Shown: piece by piece, positions 59,839-64,000 of the stretch
How positions within the stretch are numbered: position 1 is the first letter of the stretch
How the letters are laid out: each line of letters opens with the position of its first letter
DNA from: a bacterium
GTDB lineage: Bacteria > SM23-31
Length of the DNA stretch: 64,000 nt
NCBI GenBank assembly: GCA_965249485.1
Contig: OZ252239.1
Location: 3,040,001-3,104,000, forward strand
Direction: 5' to 3'
Made by a program: the position numbers and the translations under genes
The notes under the pieces: model-generated
The model's database searches: none
What the model saw: only the letters and a program-made list of their open reading frames with translations
What the model was told of the DNA's origin: nothing

Positions 59839-60855
59839 TTATTTCCATGTTTTTGCTTGTGTTTTCATTTCTTGCTTGAATTGATAAAAATGCTTGAACT
59901 GTTTTCCGTTACCATTTACGGAACCTATGTCATCGAGGATCTTATATAAATTCTGGGAAGCTTTGCAGCGAGGGTATTGCAGAAGAAACGGCATCATTTT
60001 TTCCGATGCTTCCACCACTTTATCATCTCTGACAATATACCCAATAAATTTCTAGTTAATACCGAGATATTCTGCTGCGAGTGTACATAACTGCTGCCCC
60101 TCATCGATATGGCTACGCTTTCTTACTTTATTCATTATTAAACGGGGACGGAAGTTTTGAAGTATCGTGGATATCTTAGTACTTGCCTCCGGAAAGCGCT
60201 GTCCCATTATTATCGAAAGCTTCGGTATTTGGAACGTCTTATTTCTATCATCTACAAGAATTTTTTTCAAATAATGATATTCTTCTGAACTTGTCTTAAA
60301 ACTTGTCAAAATTTTTCGGTAAACAACACTCTTCAAAAAAGAATAGGCATCGAGTTTGGCAGTCGGTTCAGGGTTGCAGACAATGATTCCTTCGTTTGAT
60401 AGGTTGAAAAAATCAAGTGTGTTATATGACTGCCCGGCTCCAAGATCAACAATAATAAAATCGGCAGGCAACTGTAAAATATGTCTGAGGAGCTTTGTTT
60501 TTTTACCATGCTGCAAATTGGCGACACCAACGAGTTCCGAACCGCCACTGATGAGCTTGAGTCCTTCGGACGGTGTTTCAAGCAAGATATCTTTCAGATT
60601 TTTCTTGTCATTTACAATGAAATCATTCAGGTTTGCCTGTGGGTGGCGAATATTCAAACAGGTATGGAGGTTCGCTCCTCCGAGATCACCATCAATGAGA
60701 ATCACTTTTTTCCCGAGCGAGGCAAGAGCAATACCGAGATTCGCTGTAATAACAGACTTTCCGGTACCCCCTTTACCACCAGCAATAGCCCAAATATTGG
60801 CTTTGACACCGTTCAGAACAGTACTACTACCATTGTCAGAATGATTACTCATCAT
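59839..60855 (-). pseudogene. FlhG/FleN/MinD-family ATPase with an internal in-frame TAG (~338 aa if read through)
   Basis: GGKGGTGKS, DGDLGGANLH, DLGAG..NTLDFF, PEPT...AY. After TAG 60052-60054 the same frame continues KFIGYIVRDDKV.EAS.KMMPFLL.YP...ASQ to TAA at 59839. Confidence 0.8.
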
Positions 60856-60944
60856 TTTTTTGTTTCTAAATGTTGAAAAGCTGCCAATATTGTCTTGAAC
60901 TCAGATTAAATCAACGCAATTGACACTCATTAAAGGAAAATCCT

Positions 60945-61653
60945 CTACAACAAGTCATGGTCAGCAAAACTATAATAGCGCTGACCGGCAATGATTAGAT
61001 GATCGATAACTTCTATGCCGACAACCACACCCGCCTGTACAAGATTTTTCGTAACACTTTTATCCTCATTGCTCGGTTCAGGATTACCGCTCGGATGGTT
61101 ATGAATCAGAACGACGCGTGCTGCCGACTCGGTAATGGCTTTTTTGAACACTTCACGTGGATGCACTACGCTCGCGTTCAAACTTCCTTTTGTAATAACG
61201 TACTCACCAATAATACCGTTAGCCGTGTCGAGCAGAATAACGCTGAACTCCTCCTGTTTTACTGTTTCCAGCAACGGAATATACCGTTTTGCAAGACTCA
61301 GGCGAATAAACTTTCATCCGGTCAGGCCGTGTCCCGCTAGCGATGCGTCTGCCGATTTCAAATGCAGCAATGAGGGAAATTGCTTTTGCCTGCCCAATAC
61401 CTTTCAACCTCATAAAGTCACCACTGTTTCTTGCAGACAATTCATAAGGGCTCTTGTATTCCACGAGCAGGCTCTTTGCTAAATCAACAGCTGTAATCAA
61501 TCCTGCACCTGTCCGCAATAATATTGCAAGTAACTCTGCGTCAGATAAGCGAGCTGGACCAACTTGCAACAGTTTTTCCCGAGGACGTTCACCTTCAGGC
61601 CAATCTTTTATCCTGGTGTGATAGAAGTCCGCTTCTTTTATTTTATCGGTCAA
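60945..61653 (-). pseudogene. radC: RadC (JAB/MPN domain) protein split by an indel
   Basis: WPEGERPREKLL..G...LSDAELLAILLRTG, GIGQAKA in ORF 61219-61653; EEF.V..LD, VHPREVF, HNHPSG.PEPS.ED, DHLII in ORF 60945-61274. Frames switch near 61296. Confidence 0.88.
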
Positions 61654-62048
61654 TATTTGTAAAGTTTTAAGGAAGTACAGAAAAAACTATATTTAAGCAT
61701 AGGAGAAGGAAGAATATCGGACAAGAACCCAGATTAATATAGTAAATCTAAAATGAATATGCAACGATTAATACATTTTTCACTATATACCAGATTATTG
61801 TCAATTATATCCTGAAGTAGTATGGGATGGCATCAGTAATAGCAGTTAACCATTCCGACTTAGGTACAAAAATAATTCAGTGCTTATTATTGTTTTACCG
61901 TATTGCACGAGCATTTTCATACACCCGCAAGAACTGTATTATCAGTAACCCCAGTAATAAGCGCACCATACCCAATTGAGTTAAGGGTTTGGTACGTAAA
62001 TGTTGACTATGACTTATGTATTCTGTTGTATTTTAATCTACTGATTTT

Positions 62049-62954
62049 TTAATATGCTTTTTCTTTCACTACTCTGTTTTTTAACGAACCAATACCTTCT
62101 ATGAATGCTTCTACATCATCGCCATCTTTAACGCCTGAAATACCTTCAGGAGTTCCTGTTGCGATGATGTCTCCTGGATAGAGTGTGAAATATTTTGAGA
62201 CATATTCGATAATTCCAGGAATCTTAAGAATCATATCTGATGTATTTGAATGCTGCTTTGATTTACCATTTACCGTAAGCAACAATTCAAGATTATGAGG
62301 ATCGACAATAAAATCTTGTGGTGTAAAATACGGTCCAAGTGGTGTGAATGTATCATAGCTTTTGAAAGTCACCCAGGGTTTTCCTGTTTGCATGTCTTTT
62401 TTCTGTTGCGTGCGGGCAGTCATATCGTTAAGTATAGTATATCCCGCAATATATTTTTCAGCTTGCTCCTGTGAAATCTTTTTGCCTTTTTTCCCAATGA
62501 CTATTGCAAGCTCTATTTCATGGTCTACTCTGCCTTGCTCAAAGCTAGGAATAATAACCGGTTTTCCATGACTCTGCAACGATGATGGAAGTTTTGCAAA
62601 GATTAGTGGCAGTTTCGGTTTAGCTACACCGAACTCTTTGGCATGTTTTGCATAGTTTAATCCGAGACAGATAATCTTTTGTGGATTAAGGATGGGCACC
62701 TCAAAAGTAAAGCGCGGTTCAACTTGGCACTTCTTTTCGAGTTTATTGTTGATTACAAAACGGACAAGTTTGTTGAGAAAGGATTTTTTATAATATCCAA
62801 ATTCAAGAATTTCCTTGAGGTTTAGTGAATGGGGAATATTGTGTTTCTCTTTCCGATTGTACTGTTGGACAGCTTTATTGAAATCGATTCTACTGTCACC
62901 TAGCTCTATTCCGACTGAAGAATATCCACTTTTTGTATAGCTGAAAAGTTTCAT
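62049..62954 (-). CDS. Fumarylacetoacetate hydrolase family protein
   Basis: KIICLGLNY.KH, DHEIELA.VIGK, NDMTAR, KSYDTF.P.GP, PGDIIATGTP.G. Start ATG 62954 or 62978. Confidence 0.92.
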   Translation of the reverse strand: MKLFSYTKSGYSSVGIELGDSRIDFNKAVQQYNRKEKHNIPHSLNLKEILEFGYYKKSFLNKLVRFVINNKLEKKCQVEPRFTFEVPILNPQKIICLGLNYAKHAKEFGVAKPKLPLIFAKLPSSLQSHGKPVIIPSFEQGRVDHEIELAIVIGKKGKKISQEQAEKYIAGYTILNDMTARTQQKKDMQTGKPWVTFKSYDTFTPLGPYFTPQDFIVDPHNLELLLTVNGKSKQHSNTSDMILKIPGIIEYVSKYFTLYPGDIIATGTPEGISGVKDGDDVEAFIEGIGSLKNRVVKEKAY

Positions 62955-63124
62955 AAGTATAAGTTCCTTTTCTATCATTTGTTATAACGGCAATAGCAAT
63001 AACATATAAGTATTTTTAACTTTTTTGGAATAAATGCTGTTTTGCTTGTTGTATATTGTGAATCGAGAGATTGCACTATTTTTTTTAATTCTATAGTATA
63101 TAAACTGGCAAATAAACACTGCTT

Positions 63125-63931
63125 TTATTGCTCTTTTTGCTGTTTTTCAAGCTCCCACAGCTTAATATATCGGACAATGTATCCTGCAACATCAAAAACA
63201 ACTGCAAAAAAACCAGGAAAACCGTCACGAAAACCTTGTTTAAGTATATATCGTCTCGTGAATCTCAAAATAGGTTTTATCAGCAGCCAGACAATTGTGT
63301 TTCCAACATTAATGCGAACATTTTTATCTTTGAGTTTTAATGCGTCAAGCGATGTATAATAGTTGAATTTATTGAAGTAAGAATTAATCGAATCATAAGG
63401 ATAATGGTCGATAGGATGCGACATAAATTCTATCGTGCCATTCAATTGCACTTTTTCATGAACACGATATTCATAAGGCGAAGACTGAGATTTTTTAAAC
63501 ATCTTCAATTGATAGTCAGGATAGTTACCACCGTTTTTCAGCCAGGTTCCGAAAAAATAGTTTTTTCTCGGAAAAAAATACCCGGCTGCTTCAGAGTTCG
63601 AATTCAGCTTCTCACAAATTTCCTGAATAAGTTCATGTGAAAAATATTCGTCTCCGTCTATCCATAAGAGCCAATCATTTGTAGCCCTGTCCCGCAGCAT
63701 GTTACGCGCTTTACTAAAATCGTTATCCCATTCGAAGGTAAATACCTTTGCACCATAAGCTTTTACCTTTTCAACCGTATTATCCTCGAAGCCTGTATAG
63801 AGAACAAGTACTTCATCAACAATACTGCTTATTTCTTTCAGACACGCATCGATTTTTGGAGCTTCATCTTTGAGAATCATACAAAGTGAAACGGGCTGTC
63901 TCTCCGTATCTTTGATTACGTCATTCATCAT
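63125..63931 (-). CDS. GT2 glycosyltransferase (LPS beta-1,4-glucosyltransferase-like)
   Basis: SLCMILKDE, DFSKARN, WLLWIDGDE, PR.N.F.G.W...G.YPD.Q, VHE, K.N.Y....A, GFRDG.PG. Confidence 0.88.
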   Translation of the reverse strand: MMNDVIKDTERQPVSLCMILKDEAPKIDACLKEISSIVDEVLVLYTGFEDNTVEKVKAYGAKVFTFEWDNDFSKARNMLRDRATNDWLLWIDGDEYFSHELIQEICEKLNSNSEAAGYFFPRKNYFFGTWLKNGGNYPDYQLKMFKKSQSSPYEYRVHEKVQLNGTIEFMSHPIDHYPYDSINSYFNKFNYYTSLDALKLKDKNVRINVGNTIVWLLIKPILRFTRRYILKQGFRDGFPGFFAVVFDVAGYIVRYIKLWELEKQQKEQ

Positions 63932-63951
63932 AAATTTGCAATTTAATATTG

Positions 63952-63999
63952 TTAATGAAAATCCGGTTCAAGGAGCGAATAAAACATCCGCTCATATTC
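63952..63999 (-). CDS. Probable 3' end of an upstream gene (truncated at window edge)
   Basis: Open frame EYERMFYSLLEPDFH-TAA ending 20 nt before the GT2 start. Confidence 0.3.
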   Translation of the reverse strand, partial: EYERMFYSLLEPDFH

Positions 64000-64000
64000 A

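Noticed and set aside
266..60947. Genome-wide TAG reassignment (alternative genetic code) suggested by the in-frame TAG at 60052
   Set aside because: Several genes end in TAG exactly at their family-typical C-termini (MATE, ispB, radC), and readthrough of the MATE stop would run into the convergent kbl gene.
61654..62048. ~400-bp intergenic region upstream of radC with short - strand ORFs of about 24 codons
   Set aside because: No RBS-supported ORF, recognisable RNA structure or sigma54 -24/-12 motif found by eye.
404..63640. Numerous 60-165 aa ORFs overlapping identified genes (e.g. 9343-9828, 30106-30603, 49447-49881, 60356-60844)
   Set aside because: They are antisense or alternate-frame shadows of well-supported genes and have no motifs of their own.

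Overview
AT-rich, gene-dense chromosomal segment (mostly - strand) of a diderm bacterium. Marker families (alpha2-type GlyRS, Bacteroidota/Chlorobi-like RpoZ, a bS22-type small ribosomal protein, a PorV/PorQ-family barrel, DUF2723, BshB1/BshC) suggest the FCB superphylum or a neighbouring lineage such as KSB1/Calditrichota (inference). Most of it is housekeeping: folE-nrnA, tatD-rsmA-recO-glyQS-rpoZ, lrp-kbl, nadB-tatC-ispB-waaF-waaA, xseAB-nadK, the ffh-rpsP-khpA-rimM-trmD-rplS block, rpiB-glyA-nrdR and glgA-gmhB. I saw no tRNA, rRNA, CRISPR array or intact mobile element. Highlights: (1) an alpha-solenoid with an exact 34-aa period and a MinD-like C-terminal amphipathic tail, split by an A8 frameshift; (2) an ~814-aa lipoprotein with HEAT repeats, four YSxDxGxxW beta modules and a SHOCT-like end, also split by a 1-nt indel; (3) a methyltransferase-bshC-bshB1 operon suggesting N-methyl-bacillithiol; (4) a radical SAM/SPASM gene and a PorV/PorQ-like gene coupled to LPS inner-core genes; (5) a TatD-radical SAM fusion; (6) a 31-aa bS22 gene missing from the ORF track; (7) a kinase-REC-pilD-pilB-atypical sigma54 activator cluster; (8) an in-frame TAG inside an FlhG/FleN-like ATPase. 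Five genes are disrupted by single-base lesions. These could be assembly errors or true pseudogenes, and raw reads are needed to decide. All family assignments come from motif recognition, not database searches.
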